Shown here: positions 35,701-49,221 of the stretch, in pieces
Layout of the letters: every line of letters begins with the position of its first letter
Numbering within the stretch: position 1 is the first letter of the stretch
DNA from: Takakia lepidozioides
Lineage: Eukaryota; Plantae; Bryophyta
Length of the DNA stretch: 64,000 nucleotides
Reading direction: 5' to 3'
Assembly (NCBI GenBank): GCA_030704615.1
Contig: CM060732.1
Coordinates: 54,932,001 to 54,996,000 of the forward strand
Notes under the pieces: model-generated
Database searches by the model: none
Told to the model about the DNA's origin: nothing
Seen by the model: the letters and a program-made list of their open reading frames with translations, nothing else
Position numbers and translations under genes: made by a program

Positions 35701-38285
35701 CTTTCAGAAGGCTGTTTTCTCAAGGATGCAATCTTCGTCTTCTCTCTCTCAAAGTTTTTCTGACAATACCACAGTAACTGGTCAGCTTTCTTGGATGTAC
35801 GATGGCAAAACTTGTGTCTGTCGAAAACATGAAGATTGCATGCACTCCAGGAACTTTACATTACATCCATCTACCATCATTCTCAATTAAATGGCAATTT
35901 GCATTAGCAAAAGCTTGAAAAAGAGAGAAGTACCAGCAGCCTCTTTAATATTCTGGACTCAAAAACCATTTGATGTGAAAGATACTGCAAAGGATGGAAG
36001 TTTCTGAAAAACTCCTCCACATTATCACTGTAGGCTTGCTCGGGATTCTCGGGTTTGGGAATTGCTCGCACTAGTACTGAAAATTGGTCGGGCTGGGGGT
36101 TTGCCGCAAACAAATACTCCTGCCGTTTCTTAGCTATACTTTTATACTCCTGTAAGCAGACACATCCATCAATAGCCGCAGTGAAATTCAAGCTTGAGAA
36201 TCTCTTCTCTGTTGAATTTCTTCTCTCACACTGACATTCAAACCCCTGGCATTTTCTCTAGTAAATATCAAGTTGCAGAACTCTCTGGTCTACAACAGAT
36301 GGGCACAGTGGCTGAAGGAATTGCACGTACCATAAAAAGCAGTGTATAAGCAGTGAACGAGATGAAGTAGAGCACTGCAAGGTGAAACCACAGCCTATCC
36401 CAGACAAGAATTCACCCAGTGATCATGCAATGAATCAATGAATGAACGGCATAAGCTGCTCAGACAAACCCTTCCCCTGCCACAGAAAACCCATGAAGGG
36501 GGACACAAACGAGACACCGACACCAAGATATAGGGAGACAGGGAGTGTGTCCTCCGTGCATGGAGAAATCTAGGGGAAGAACACCTTTCTTGTCATGACC
36601 TTGCCATGAGCTTCATCCCAGTTTGGATAGCCACAACAGGGGGCAAGAAAGTGGGACTTTGGATTTATACAAAGTTGCCTCTGGCCTCCAAACCTTTTCA
36701 GGAAGCTCTTTGACATTATTTGGCATCCTGTCGAGCCTCTCAGACCCAGTGAGAAGAGGTGGAAGAAAGAATGTACCCTGAGACATTGTTTGCCACCCCT
36801 TACCCCATGCCAGTTTGGGCAGCACAAAAGGGAACAGAAACTACCATTGTGAGGGGCTCACTACAGTAGTGACTTACCTTGGTATAGACAATCAGTTCAG
36901 GCTTTCTAGATATTCTCTAGAAGGCCCTTCACACAAGCATCAACCTGGTGCGTGTGATCTGCCCAGCAATTAGACCCCAACAGGCTCAGCCTCAAGATTT
37001 TCAAAATTGGTGAACAGAGGTGCGGGGATAATGTTCATGATGTTCCTGAAGAGAGTCACCTTCTGGTGAGAATATCCCGAAGGTATATCAGAAAATGGAT
37101 ATTGTCTTCAGGCTGAAAGAATGTACTCATAAGACTTTGTTTGCCACAGCCTCAGCCTCAGTCTGCGAGAGAGAGAGAATCACACTGGCAAGTGCCTGCT
37201 TCGTAGCTGTGTTTTAACTAGGCCCCAGCAAAAACCATATAGTGCAGAAGCTTACCCAATATCTCCTAACCGCTATTGCAAAGCACATTGAGAAATAGCA
37301 CCCTTGATTGTTGGTGGAACAAAAGAGTGCAGACCTCAGTTTAGCCCTGCATTACTCTAATGCGTAAGAGGATGTTGCATAGATGCTGACTCCCCAAGCT
37401 GGTAAAGGGATGTGCTCGGCCACAATTCGCCGAAGCATTTGTGCACCGGCTAGGGAGTTGCCACAGCGTTCATTTTGAAAGAAATTTCATGTGTTTTTAA
37501 AATAGGACGATATCCAACACGACCCTTTCGTGTGAAGGGAGAAAGAAATACCTGGAAGAGCCCTGTGATATGTTGAGAATTGTGAGTCTTTCCAGCATCC
37601 CATAGTGATGTTTCTCTTTCTCACCAGGATGGTCTGCTAAGTAGGTATCCGTGAAATTGAGCGGTGCAAGAATGCCAAATCCCACCAGTGTGCATATTGA
37701 AAAAAATCGTATACTGCACCCCCGATGCTCAATCAGCCGAGACTCAAAAGAAGGATAACCCAGCTTAACAAATTAAGAACCTTCTCCCTCCCAATAAAAA
37801 CAAACTGAACTAATTCAGAGTGAATCTTTGGAACAGGGTCTAGAAAAGACAAATCCTCTATTTTCTACAAGTAAACCCCATTCATGCCCTGGTTTCCCTT
37901 CCCCTCCGTCGCACTGCTGCCACTTGCACATGATCAAAGCTTCTCCAAAGAAGTGAAAAAAATGCAACTGAAACCAAGACTGAGCGAATGTAACTAACCA
38001 GAAAGCGAAAATTCGCAGAAAAACTACAGCATCGAGGCCTGAAGATTTTAAGATCTCGTCCTCAGAAGGATCCCATGCTCGTTTGACCCATAGCGCCGAG
38101 GGCACCAAATTCTCGAGAGAGTAAGTTCCCACCTTACTCTCTGTACGTTTCTGTCTTATTAAGTCTCGGGGAAAATACACACCAGCATTACTTGGCTTCC
38201 TACTTAAAACAGAATATAGAACCAGAAACAGAATGGCAAACCCTATGTTGATGCCTGCAGAAGTGGCTAGATCAGAGACCTTCAT
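32723..38285 (-). CDS. OSCA: OSCA/CSC1 (ERD4, DUF221) mechanosensitive Ca2+-permeable channel, multi-exon
   Basis: MKVSDLATSAGINI, GLDAVVFLRIF, QFSVLVRAIP, WVTEWAPEPRDVDWENL, FFITYVMTSGWAG, VYEPAYDTGGQFWPHVH. Confidence 0.93.
33847..33922 (-). mobile_element. LINE 3' tail micro-insertion with 13-bp TSD
   Basis: TSD acaaacagaaaga at 33834-33846 and 33923-33935. Confidence 0.9.
34064..34125 (-). mobile_element. Degenerate LINE 3' tail
   Basis: gtactcttacgacgtttgctgtggcc..cccagttt. Confidence 0.7.
36770..37160 (-). mobile_element. 5'-truncated LINE copy plus adjacent tail in an OSCA intron
   Basis: Reverse complement is colinear with the LINE 3' ~350 bp; second tail at 37123-37160. Confidence 0.75.
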
Positions 38286-39660
38286 CCTTCCGCAGGAACT
38301 TGGTGGTAACCAAAAAACCCTGTAATTAAGTTCCTCCTTGGTCTCAACGATTACATCAACAACTTAGAGACGCTAGTCACTTCTTGCCTTGCTCATATTC
38401 TCTTACGACGAACACGATTTGAGCTTGAATCGTATGTCACCAGCGTCTGTTCCGTTATGCTCTTGAATATAATAACAGTAACCCATTTTGAAACTAAAGC
38501 CCTGATCACGACGGTGATGAACGAGCACAAGCTGCATGTCGAATTCAGCAGCAGTGGACTCCATCAAGTTCCAATTGTCCTCCCTCACTCGCAGCTAGTG
38601 TCTCCGTCTCGCCCTCCTCCCCAACCCATCCCTGCCAGGCGACTAGCATACAGCATGCACTCTCATCTCTCTCCATACACTTCACATACACAGCCCTTCT
38701 TTCTGGCTATCTCTTCGTGTACGATCTTTCTTCCTGCCTGCACAAAAACCGTAGTGAAGAATCTCAGCACTCAAAAGCCCAACTCTCGCAAATTCTAAAC
38801 AAGCCCATTCATCATCTGCATCACTGGAATCTTTCCCCCACAGCAAAAACATCCACGTGTGGCACGCAACACGGGTATCCATCCACGTGCGCATGCTTCT
38901 CCGAGGAATCGGAGGTGCTTCACACTCGTTGGTCCCACCGCTTGCAGCTGTGCCAAGCTGGGTTGCCAGCTGGGTGATGCATCCCTGCAGCCCCCCCTCC
39001 TCCTCGTCATCTCTCCGGCCCGATGCGCAATCACATGTAGCATATACGCATCTAAGATGGTGAGCTGCGAGGTTGAATTCCAGACAAGCTACTTTTACCG
39101 TTAAACTCCAACTGCATCCACCCTCTTCGTACATTCGAATTCCTCATAAAGTCGTCTTTCATATCACACTTTTTATGATTGTGCAATCCCATTGCTACCT
39201 GATAGGGGGGGTTGGGGGTTGGTAGAACGTGAGCACAGCTGTCCGCAGAGCTTCCCTGAGCATAGGAGAATGGAGTATACGAGCACAAAACACCGCAGTA
39301 GGGTACCCATGTTCCCACGGAAATATAATACACGCAAATAGGATTCCTACACGCGAAATAGGGGTTTATGTGCCTATTTCTGTCCCTATTTCCTGAACCC
39401 TAATTGCGAAATAGGCACCCCTAATGTATATCTAGAAGCTTCAAGTTTCAAATATTTACAGCTTTGGTATCCTACAAAGGGGGTTGGTATCATGTGAGCA
39501 GAGCGTGAGCACACTCACGTGAGAACGGCGCGATCACAACCCACGGTCATGGGGGTTGTATGTTATTAAATCGCGGTCATAGGAGTTAGATGTTTTGAGG
39601 CATGGTGCATTTATAGGGTGCAGTTGCACCAAAATGATAAACTATCTGATCTATTTTTCA

Positions 39661-39817
39661 ATTTCGCATTGAAAAATTAAAATAAGTAGTAGTTTCGGGA
39701 GTGAGAGTTTTAATTTCGCATTGAGAAATTAAAATTAAGTAGTAGTTTCGGGAGTGAGAGTTTTAATTTCGCATTGAGAAATTAAAATTAAGTAGTAGTT
39801 TCGGGAGTGAGAGTTTT
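39661..39817. repeat. Three-copy ~53-bp tandem repeat
   Basis: atttcgcattgagaaattaaaattaagtagtagtttcgggagtgagagtttta x3. Confidence 0.9.
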
Positions 39818-41031
39818 GTCTCGATAAATTATCCATGGCTCAGCGCCTTTTTCTCAAGTCTATCGTGGAATTGGCCTAGTATCGGGTGAGTATAGCGTGA
39901 GGAAATCCCACGCCTATAGGGAAACATGTTTATCGTGTATAGGGGTTACTTGTTTCTTTAGTGTTGCTGTGAGGGCCTATGTGAGCACTTAAAAATAGTT
40001 TCGCAAATTTTTTAGTTTCTCAATTTTTTGTTTCGCTGAAGAATATTCTGAAGGCATCTTAAGAATATACGGTATATTCGCTTTGTGCTCACATGGCATG
40101 CTCACTCACTACCCAACCTCCCTACAAAAGAATGACACATTAGGGAAAAATCCCATGAGTCGATTGGGAACGAGGACCGTACTCGTTCCCTCCGAACTCT
40201 CTCCCGCGATTGAGGCCGGCTCCCACAATAACCAACACCATCCAAACAAATACCAAACAATAATTGAACAATTGAATATAAGGAGGCAAACATCGGATTT
40301 CGCCAGCGAAATAAATCAAGATATCGGGTTTCGTTAACAAAATGTCAAGATATCGTTGCGTAGGTCATTACCCAATGGTTTGAAAGAGTGAAAGAAAATG
40401 AGTTGTGTTTGGTTTTGCATATAAGGACGACGTGAGGTTGTTTCATTTTGCTAACGAATTGTTACGTGCTTATTGTGGTAGGTCATTACTTGTGGGTGGA
40501 ACAAAATGAATTTGTGTTTAGTTTCGCATATTAGTGATTGCTACGAGCGTCAACATCACATGATTAAATATACAACTATTAATCAACGAAAATTGTTGAG
40601 GGAGATGGCACTGATATAAATTCCCTATGCCCCAAGATCGTGTGGCTTATGCTCTTGTGAGCAGAAATCCTCAAATATTTTGCATTTTGTTTGGCGTAAG
40701 CACGTTTTAGTTTTGCTAAAGTATTTTCCGAGAATATTTTGGAATATGCGACATATTCTCTCTTTATTCACTTGAGGCCTGAGCCTGCGCACATGCTATC
40801 CAACCTCCATGAACAACATGAGAAACATTGTGTTTATTTATTATTTTGTGATAAATAGGGACGAAAGCCCTGAATTTTATTGATAATTTCAAGGAAAAAT
40901 AACCTTGAGCAACAACACACGGCCATAGAGATGAACTAAGGAGAGATGCATAACCAGTGAATAGCACGAAGTGATCTAAAAGAAGAGTAAAAGAAAACAG
41001 ATTTCGAAGGCTGCATTTGTTACGTTTGGAA

Positions 41032-41290
41032 TAGTGTTTTTAAATCTGGCGAAAATCGCCACGTTTCCACCTGGAAAATGGGTCATCTAATTTACTAAGG
41101 AATAATAGGAATATCAAGAAAATCGCCAGAAAGCGCCAATGGTTAAATACCAGGACGTGGACCTGTTAAAATATGACACCTGTTACCTAGCCACTTTTCT
41201 AGCTCTGTCACCTCGTTATTCTCGCCACATGGACACTGGGTAGAATTTACATGTCACCCTACCTGCGGAAAATGAAAAAAGAAAACACTG
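41032..41290. mobile_element. hAT-type MITE
   Basis: Termini TAGTGTTTT...AAAACACTG; 8-bp flanks gtttggaa / gttttgaa (one mismatch). Confidence 0.65.
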
Positions 41291-44200
41291 GTTTTGAAAG
41301 CTCAAAGTTCAGTTCGATTTTTAATTTACCTTTCGCAAAACCACAACGGTGACGCCAGTTCACCTCCGATTCATCGCCATCAGCAGGAGAGATTTCAGCG
41401 CTAAGGAACTATCAGATTGCCGAAAAGGAGTCACGCCATGCACTGTAACTTGGGAGCACAAAAGAGCTTCTTTCCCCATCACTAATCAAAGTCTCAAAAT
41501 GTTTTGTTCAGTAAGGTCCAGCTGATATTGTGCCTTGATGACCTCCATATCCAGGTCAATAAATAGGCTGAGATTCATCAATTGAGGCCGCTGCTTCACT
41601 CCAGGATTCATATGATCCAGTCGAAGAATTTGAATTACCATTTGGGCCAGCGCCCATCACCCCCTGAGCCAATATGAGCTCCCCTTCTAGCGATCGACCA
41701 AGTTTTACTTCTACTGTCTCGTTGAGGTTTGTAATGTCTCCTAGAGTCACTGCGGTATTCCCCTCGATTATCACCTCGGTGATCTCCTTTGTAATTTATG
41801 GAGGTCGGCATACTACTGAAACGAAAGAGGTCATGAAGATGAGATCAGCAGGGGGGTACGCGTAGAGTAGAAGAAAGAAGGCAACAAACCTGAGAGATGA
41901 GAGGAAAGAGGGAAGGCGAGTAGCAAGAATTAGATAAGCCAACATACGAGAATGGAGCAAAAGGCAAGGTGCCTCATGTTTTACAGCTGATAGAGTGGAA
42001 TAAGATGAGGCGGGAAGATGATGCTTAGTTAGTTAAAAAAAGATAGAGGACTAGGAAGCTGATACTACAATGTCAGTGGTGGGAACATCGAAAAGTTGCA
42101 GTGCATTGTGGCACTCCTTCTGCATCGGAGGAACGACATGTGTGAGCTTGTCCCTAAGTCAAAATGGTGATGAACGACATTAAGCAACGCCGAAAGATAG
42201 TGAGTGAGTCATTGGTTGGGGAGAAACATGAGTACATTGAATGATTAGCATGTATTCAAGTTAGACCATTAACGTTGGTCACAAAAGCTTGCGAGAGATG
42301 TAGGTGATGAGACGAAAAATCGTTTCATGGTGGTATCAGGAAGAGGTGTCTCACAAAGAAAAAATGACATAGGAAGATTCGGTTGCAGTACGGCAAAATT
42401 GAGGATATTACCATAGCATCTAGCTTTCTCATGAGGATGGGCTTGGAATGCTGAATTTTCCAGTGTTGTACGGTTACGAGGACGGTTTGAGGAGTATCTT
42501 CATGATATTTCCATGGTCATGCAAGTGAGGGAAAAGAGGAGAAGAAGAGTGTTGGGATGAGAGCATGCTGGGGTTAGGCATTGCTGTAGCTTTTCTTCCT
42601 CATAGTTTTCCACCCTCTCATTAGGCCAAGACCTTTCCGTAGGTGGAGGCAAGAGTCAGTCCGGGTTTGGGCTGGGGTGTCCTTGTAGGAGCGACACCGT
42701 GGAATTGTTTTTGGTGGTCCGGATTTGATTACCGGCCAGTCCTAGAGCGTGCTGTCGATGGTGAGGCAGGGGTGATGACCAGTCAAACCATCATTGTTTA
42801 TCCTGTGGTGAGGTTGGAGGTGATGACAAGCCAACCATAGGAGTGCTTGCGGTGGATGCAGGTGTAGGTGCAGGCTATGTTAAGAACCTAGTATTCAAAA
42901 CCATAAGCCGCAATAGGTTCTCTACCCGATTACCTTATGGAAAGGGGGTTAGGGACATGTTCATGACCGGTTGAGTGTCAGTTTGTCAACACGGAGGTAC
43001 CACTAGTTGCCGGGGAAAGTGCCGGTTCGAGCACTAGCGATACCTTCACCTCCTCCGTCTTCCAAGGCACCGGACTGAAACTTGACCTACTCCTGCAGAA
43101 CCGGCTTAGTAGGCGACTTAGTTTTATTGGAATTCCAAAAATGCAGTGTTTTGATTGTATGTGGTGCTACTTTGAGCGACAATGGTTTTTGTAGAATGTG
43201 GGTGCAGCTCGTGGTCTCATTAATTTCTACATTGCTACAACTTACTGCATCACTTTCCTCCAACTCTGCATTCACATGTCAGGCTGCTAGCGGCCCTCAC
43301 TTCGCACTTGTCTCTCTGCCACCCAATAATGTAGCAAAGGCAGTGTTTAGAATTTTCATGGTCCCAATCCTGTTGATGAAGAGGGAGAAGTTCTGGAGCA
43401 CACCTCAGAATTGGACATGCGCTTGATGTGTACCGGGTATGATGCAGGCCTGTGCTTCCGTGAGTGCATTGATGCTAAGGCCCGCGCACTTCAAGCTCTT
43501 TTCTGTTCGGCAATGGTGGTGGGTTGTTGATGCTTCTGCTGCCTGATTGGCGCACCCCTGCAGGTGCCTTCCACCCTGAGGAGATTGATAGCTTGATTTA
43601 TTTGCACCTACTCTGAACGCCTTTCTTTCTGGGTCCTATTTATTTCTCGAGTTCTTTTTTGTCTTGGTAACTTTTACATACTGTGAAGTAACGTCCGGAT
43701 TCCGGGAGCAGATTTGGCGAAGGAGCAGACAGACACAAAGTATGACCCTTGTGGAGGGCATGCCTGCCTTGCGGCGCTCCCTTATGGCCTTCGTCGACAA
43801 GAGCAGCATTCGCCAAAACATTGCTGAGGTCAGTGTTATTCTCACATATGTATGCCAATTGTTAAGGACAGGTAGGGCCTCATATGGCAGGAAGGGCATT
43901 GGCTCTTAGGTGCCTCTCTCTGTCTCTTTGTCCTGTCATAATCAGAGTCTGGCTCACTTTGTTAAATACACCCATGCCCATTGGGCCAAATGCATCTGTT
44001 GATTGAATAGTGGTTGAGTTCTCTACAGTGGAATGAATCGTCAAGTCTGTTGCAGAAGCGCTATAGAGTGAAAGGAACGACAACTGGTCCTCGGCTAATC
44101 ATTTTGCCTGTGGGCATGGTTTATGGGGAGGTTTTTCCAGTCTAAGATACTGGCCGGTTGTGGTGTGTGGGACGCAAGTGGGGATGACATGATGTGTGGG

Positions 44201-44379
44201 TTAGTGTCATGCGGGAGACAGGTGTTCATGAGCACATTGAGCTTTATGGAATCAGTGAATTCAGGTTACCCATTTCTGCCCTTTTTGGTCCCTCCAAATT
44301 AGGCATGATGTCTGTATCCACAAGGCTGTGGTAAACTGTATAGTGATACATCTCTTCATTTCTCTCTCTTTCCCCTTCT

Positions 44380-44515
44380 CCCTGCACCTCTGCTCTTTCA
44401 AAATTTTGAAGCTGAGCCTAAAGCCCTGGCCCCGTTGGGCTCTAATTGCTGGGCAGCTCACACACAGCAAGTTGATGCTTGTGTGAAGGGCTTTCTAGAG
44501 GATAGTATCTGTTCC
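44380..44515 (+). mobile_element. Internal fragment of the same LINE family
   Basis: Similar to 55365-55495 (gctgagcctaaagccc..cacacagca..ttctagaggata). Confidence 0.7.
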
Positions 44516-45450
44516 CCAATCTGATACAGATATGTGTCTCATCTGGCTATGATGGTAATAGTCAAACCATGCCTTAGAAAGGGTGGGTGCAAAGAAAGAG
44601 GGATAGAAAGAGGTGAATCTTATGGAAAGCCGGCATCCAACAGATGGCCCAGTGGTTAGGGCACAGGGCCACAGGTGTATGTTGGATGTCACCCATTATG
44701 GTCAACCAATTACTTAATATGTAGGTATCTTGGGACTTTAGAGTCCTTGGGGGAGGGTTGGGCAACCGTGTTGCCCTGGTTACGGCCGTTACAAGGTGTC
44801 CACCTTCCAAACCGAAGGCAGTAGCCCTTCGGGGTGGAGTGACACCATAAGTTACGCCTGCTTTGGCAGGAGTCTTCCCTCCTCTTATGGAAAGCCTATG
44901 ATAGCCTTTCCTTAAGGCCCAGGACAAGTAGGAGCTGTTGAGGATCTATCTTGAAGCACTAGTTTTCCTTACTACAAGCTGTGGCAAGTAGCACCGGCAA
45001 TTTCTCATGGTCTTGTGCTTCCTGCACACAGATCAAGCAGAGAGCACGGAACGGCTCTGGCAGGAGTTTTTCTCGGATCCTTCACTGTGGTGGGACAACA
45101 GTGTTCATAAGGTGAGGCTACTTTGCATTTAGTATGTTAAAGAGTTTGTCACGGACTGCTTGTGACTGAAGCTGCATGATATTTGTCTCTCATTGCTGAA
45201 AAGGCAGCTTAAACCTGGTTCTTCCTACTGCTATGGATGTTTAGAGTGGTGCAGGGTGTTGTAGGATGGTGTTTCCAGGTGGGTTGCTCGAGGCTGTTGT
45301 CTCATATTTGAGGAGGCTTGGAGATCAGTGGTGGTAGCCTCATTTGTGGTTAAAATACTCTGTGGCTTCTCAGCTGCTCTCGGGTGGTTCACACAGAGAA
45401 GTCCAAGAGCACCAGACTTCAAACATAAACGCACAAAGGTGGCCCTTTGG

Positions 45451-47331
45451 ATGGATAGTTGGTCAAATCCTCCTTGGGTGAAAGCAGAGCTAGCTGCCAG
45501 GATACAAGGTCAACTACTATGTGGTGATGTGAGGACACTATGTATGGCAGGAGAGGTGAAAGAGGCCCTACAAATTTTGAACCAACAAGGCATTTCAGTG
45601 GACTCCCATACCTATGTCTGTCTCTTGCAGGAGTGCATCAACATGCAAGGCCTAGCAGAGGGACAGCAGGTGCATGCCCACATCATTCAAAGTGGATTGA
45701 AGCCCACCATCTTTCTACTTAACAACCTTGTCAACATGTATGTCAAATGCAGAAGCTTGGTGGATGCACGCCAAGTGTTTGACAAAATGCCTGAACGAAA
45801 TGTGTTTACTTGGACTATAATGATCACAGGATACTCTCAGCAAGGGCATGGTAGGGAGGCTGTTGAGCTCTATCAGAAAATGATACGGGAAGGAGTGACT
45901 CCAGACAATGTCACTTTCATTTGTGTTCTCAAGGCATGTGCCAGCCTACGAGCCTTGGGAAATGGAATAGAGGTCCATGGGGACATCATCAAATCGGGAA
46001 TTGCACCAGATATCATCCTGGAGACTGCCCTTGCTGCCATGTATGCAAAATGTGGGAACCTGAAGGATGCCCGTCAAGTATTTGATAATATGGCTGAACG
46101 AAATGTGGTCTCATGGAGTGCGATGATTGCAGGATACGCTGAGCATGGGTGTGGTATGCAGGCTTTCCAGATCTATGAGCAAATGATATTGAAAGGGGTG
46201 ATGCCCAACATTGTCACGTTTGTCTGTGTTCTTAATGCTTGTGCCAGCCTGGCAGCCCTCGAAAAGGGTATGGAGGTTCATGCTGACATCGTGAAAGCTG
46301 GAATTGCTCCAGATATTATCCTTGAGACTACCCTCATTGACATGTATGCCAAATGTGGGAGCATGCATGATGCACGTCGAGTGTTTGACAATATGGCTGA
46401 ACGAAATGTGGTCTCATGGAGTGCAATGATCACAGGATATGCTCAGCATGGGTGTGGTCAAGAGGCCCTCACTCTATTCGAACAAATGCGAAAGAAAGGG
46501 TTGAAACCAGATGGTATCACCTTTACATGTGTTCTTTGTGCATGCAGCCATGGGGGTCTAGTGGATGAAGGCCGTCAGTATTTTGATTCGATGAGCCAAG
46601 ATCATGGCCTCACTCCTACAGTGGAGCACTTTGGCTGCATGGTGGACATCCTTGGCCGTGCAGGCCGATTGGATGAGGCAGAGGACTTCATTTACAAAAT
46701 GCCGGTCGAACCAGGTGCTGGGGTGTGGGGGGCCTTACTTGGTGCTTGCAGAATTCATGTCAATGTGGAGGTAGCAGAACGCGCAGCAGAATGCCTTCTC
46801 AAGTGGGATTCACAGCACGCTCCAACTTATGTGCTGCTATCAAACATTTATGCTGCTGCTGGTAGGTGGAATGATACAGCAAAAGTAAGAAAGATGATGC
46901 AGGACAGAGGTATCAGAAAGGAGCCAGGGCACAGCTGCATTGAGGTGTACAACCAGATCCATACTTTCCTTGTAGATGACAAATTGCATCCACAAATTCA
47001 GGAGATCCAGAGTGAGCTGAAATGGTTGTCTGGGCAGATGAAGGTTGCTGGCTATGTGCCTGACACACGTTTTGTATTGCATGATGTGGAGGAGGAGCTA
47101 AAGGAGTTTTCTCTTTGCCACCACAGTGAGAAACTGGCCATTGCTTTTGGTTTGATCAGCATGCCTCCTGGGATGCCTATCCGTGTCATCAAGAACCTTC
47201 GGGTGTGTAGTGACTGCCACATGGCCACCAAGTTCATCTCCAAAATTGTCGGGCGAAGTATTGTTGTACGGGATGTTAACCGCTTTCACCACTTTCAAGA
47301 TGGAGTTTGTTCTTGTGGGGATTACTGGTGA
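45451..47331 (+). CDS. PLS-class PPR-DYW protein (organellar C-to-U RNA editing factor)
   Basis: P-L-S repeats, E domain, PG box (PGHSCIEV), HSEKLA, CSDCH, terminal CSCGDYW. The frame is open from 45328, so the true start may be in an upstream exon. Confidence 0.95.
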   Translation: MDSWSNPPWVKAELAARIQGQLLCGDVRTLCMAGEVKEALQILNQQGISVDSHTYVCLLQECINMQGLAEGQQVHAHIIQSGLKPTIFLLNNLVNMYVKCRSLVDARQVFDKMPERNVFTWTIMITGYSQQGHGREAVELYQKMIREGVTPDNVTFICVLKACASLRALGNGIEVHGDIIKSGIAPDIILETALAAMYAKCGNLKDARQVFDNMAERNVVSWSAMIAGYAEHGCGMQAFQIYEQMILKGVMPNIVTFVCVLNACASLAALEKGMEVHADIVKAGIAPDIILETTLIDMYAKCGSMHDARRVFDNMAERNVVSWSAMITGYAQHGCGQEALTLFEQMRKKGLKPDGITFTCVLCACSHGGLVDEGRQYFDSMSQDHGLTPTVEHFGCMVDILGRAGRLDEAEDFIYKMPVEPGAGVWGALLGACRIHVNVEVAERAAECLLKWDSQHAPTYVLLSNIYAAAGRWNDTAKVRKMMQDRGIRKEPGHSCIEVYNQIHTFLVDDKLHPQIQEIQSELKWLSGQMKVAGYVPDTRFVLHDVEEELKEFSLCHHSEKLAIAFGLISMPPGMPIRVIKNLRVCSDCHMATKFISKIVGRSIVVRDVNRFHHFQDGVCSCGDYW

Positions 47332-49221
47332 AACAAGCAATGTGCATGAAAGAAAGTGCATCATTTCAAACTTGAAGGAGAAAGGTGATGCGCTGCCATT
47401 ACTTTTCCAACCAAAAAGCCCTGTGCCATCTTTGTAGATTGAAAGAGGTTGGTATGAAAGAGATTCCAAAGATTGCTACAATAGTGGGGCTTACCTTTAA
47501 GAGCGGTGATGTTGCATTTCAGATTTTCTCCAGAAAGCTTTTAAATCGACAAATACGACCTAGAACAGAGGGAAGAAAGGTCACAGCTTTCAGCAGTGTC
47601 TCGACTGCCTAAGCTGAGCGAAAGAAGTTCAAGTATGATATACCTGCACCGAGTCAATCTGCTCTGCTGTTGTCCTTTCGCCCCCCTCCCTCGGTGTCCT
47701 CGGCGCAAATTCGGGGGCGTTCTATGTTCACAAGGCTGTAGCAAATGGCATGTTACCCCAGAACGCAAGCTAGTCTTCATTACATACGTGAAGAAGAAGA
47801 GAGCTTCACAAGTTCGTGTCTCTCTCCCACCCCTCTGGTTGTTGCCAGGTCTCACTCAATCCAAAATCGCATGATGTTAGTCTTGCTGATTATATTTCCA
47901 TAAAGATCATTGAATCGAGGAGCTAGACTTGCAGTGATCCCAAGCCTTTGTCACCTGTGGAAGCGATACTTCTGCTTGCTGGTGGCTTTTATCATGCCTT
48001 GCTAGTAATTCAGGGGAGTTCTTGTTTCTTGAGATTTAGGTCTGGTTACACATGTTGTTGCCAAAATGGCATGCACCCAGTTTGTGTTGTGGGCTTCATG
48101 AGTTAGTTACTTGCCAAGGGATCTGAGTGTTGTAGAGTGCTACGTGTGGTTGCAGGCAATGTCCAAGTGTCCAAATATTGATGTGGAGAAGCTTGGAGAA
48201 ATTTTTTTCAAGTAGAAGGTGGTTAAGGAGTGGGACTGTGCCCTCCTGGTCATGTCATAGCCAAAGGGTCAATGGCTGCATTCTCCCATTTTGTGCTTCA
48301 GTTTGACCTGCAACCACAGAGACATAATTTCCCTCTTCGTGTGGCGGCATGGTGATGATTGCAATTCAAGTGAGCAACACAGCGAAGTCAAGGAATACCT
48401 TATGGCAGGCCATGTCAAGAATTTACAGGGACGTGTAAGCATGAGTTGACCAGAGGGATCTCTTCATACATGGTTCTTCCCCTTGCCTCTGAAAGCTGAT
48501 GCTATCAAACCAATTTCTCAGGAGCTCCTCAGGGGAGACTGAAGCCCCTCCATCATCATTGAAGTCGGAACCAATCGTACCCATCCGAATAACACTTGTG
48601 CCGGAATAAAGGGCACACACTAGCAATGCTCTCTACATTTCAGGAGTCAGCTTCTTGAGATGAGGCATGAACAACTGGTTTTGTTTGTAGGAGCATGGAT
48701 TTCATGCCTTCACAACCAGCGTTGACTGTAAAGGTACTGTGTGATGCCACAAACATAATAAGAAACCAGTGATAATGAGAACATCTTCAGAAACTGATTG
48801 TCACCAACATACCTACTACACAGACAATCTGTCTATTAAAACCTCGGTCTTACATATCATGGACTAGTTTATTCCTGGGAGGCAGGGTTTGCATTGTTCC
48901 TTTCAACCAAGCGTTGTCACCAGACAGCTCTTGCAATTGCATGGACACTCTACTGAAAAGGAAGAATTTCCTTGAACAAAAGGAATCAAACATGTGAAAG
49001 GATGAAAGATCGCAAAATCCTCTTCTACCTCCCACTTCTGTTTTTGGTTCACGGCTCACTGCTTCCCTTCTAAGTTCTTTGCCCTCTTAAAGACAACCTT
49101 TCCTGGGACAGAAGGGGATAGCGAGAGAGGGAGAAGAAAGAGTGGGAGAGAGAAAAGATTTCCTGCACCCGATGTGCTCCATATCCGCAAAACCAAGCGC
49201 TCTGGCCCACGTACACGAATC

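Noticed and set aside
39203-39423. hAT-like MITE with TAGGGG termini
   Set aside because: No matching 8-bp TSD found.
39661-39817. Possible CRISPR-like array
   Set aside because: Units are contiguous with no unique spacers, the context is eukaryotic, and there are no cas genes.
41500-44930. Possible LTR-retrotransposon remnants and short ORFs
   Set aside because: Only short shared words (cttatggaaag, accataag); no paired LTRs or gag/pol motifs confirmed.
47600-49200. Possible spliced transcript divergent from GFS12
   Set aside because: Splice-like signals exist, but I found no coherent reading frame or homology; this needs RNA data.
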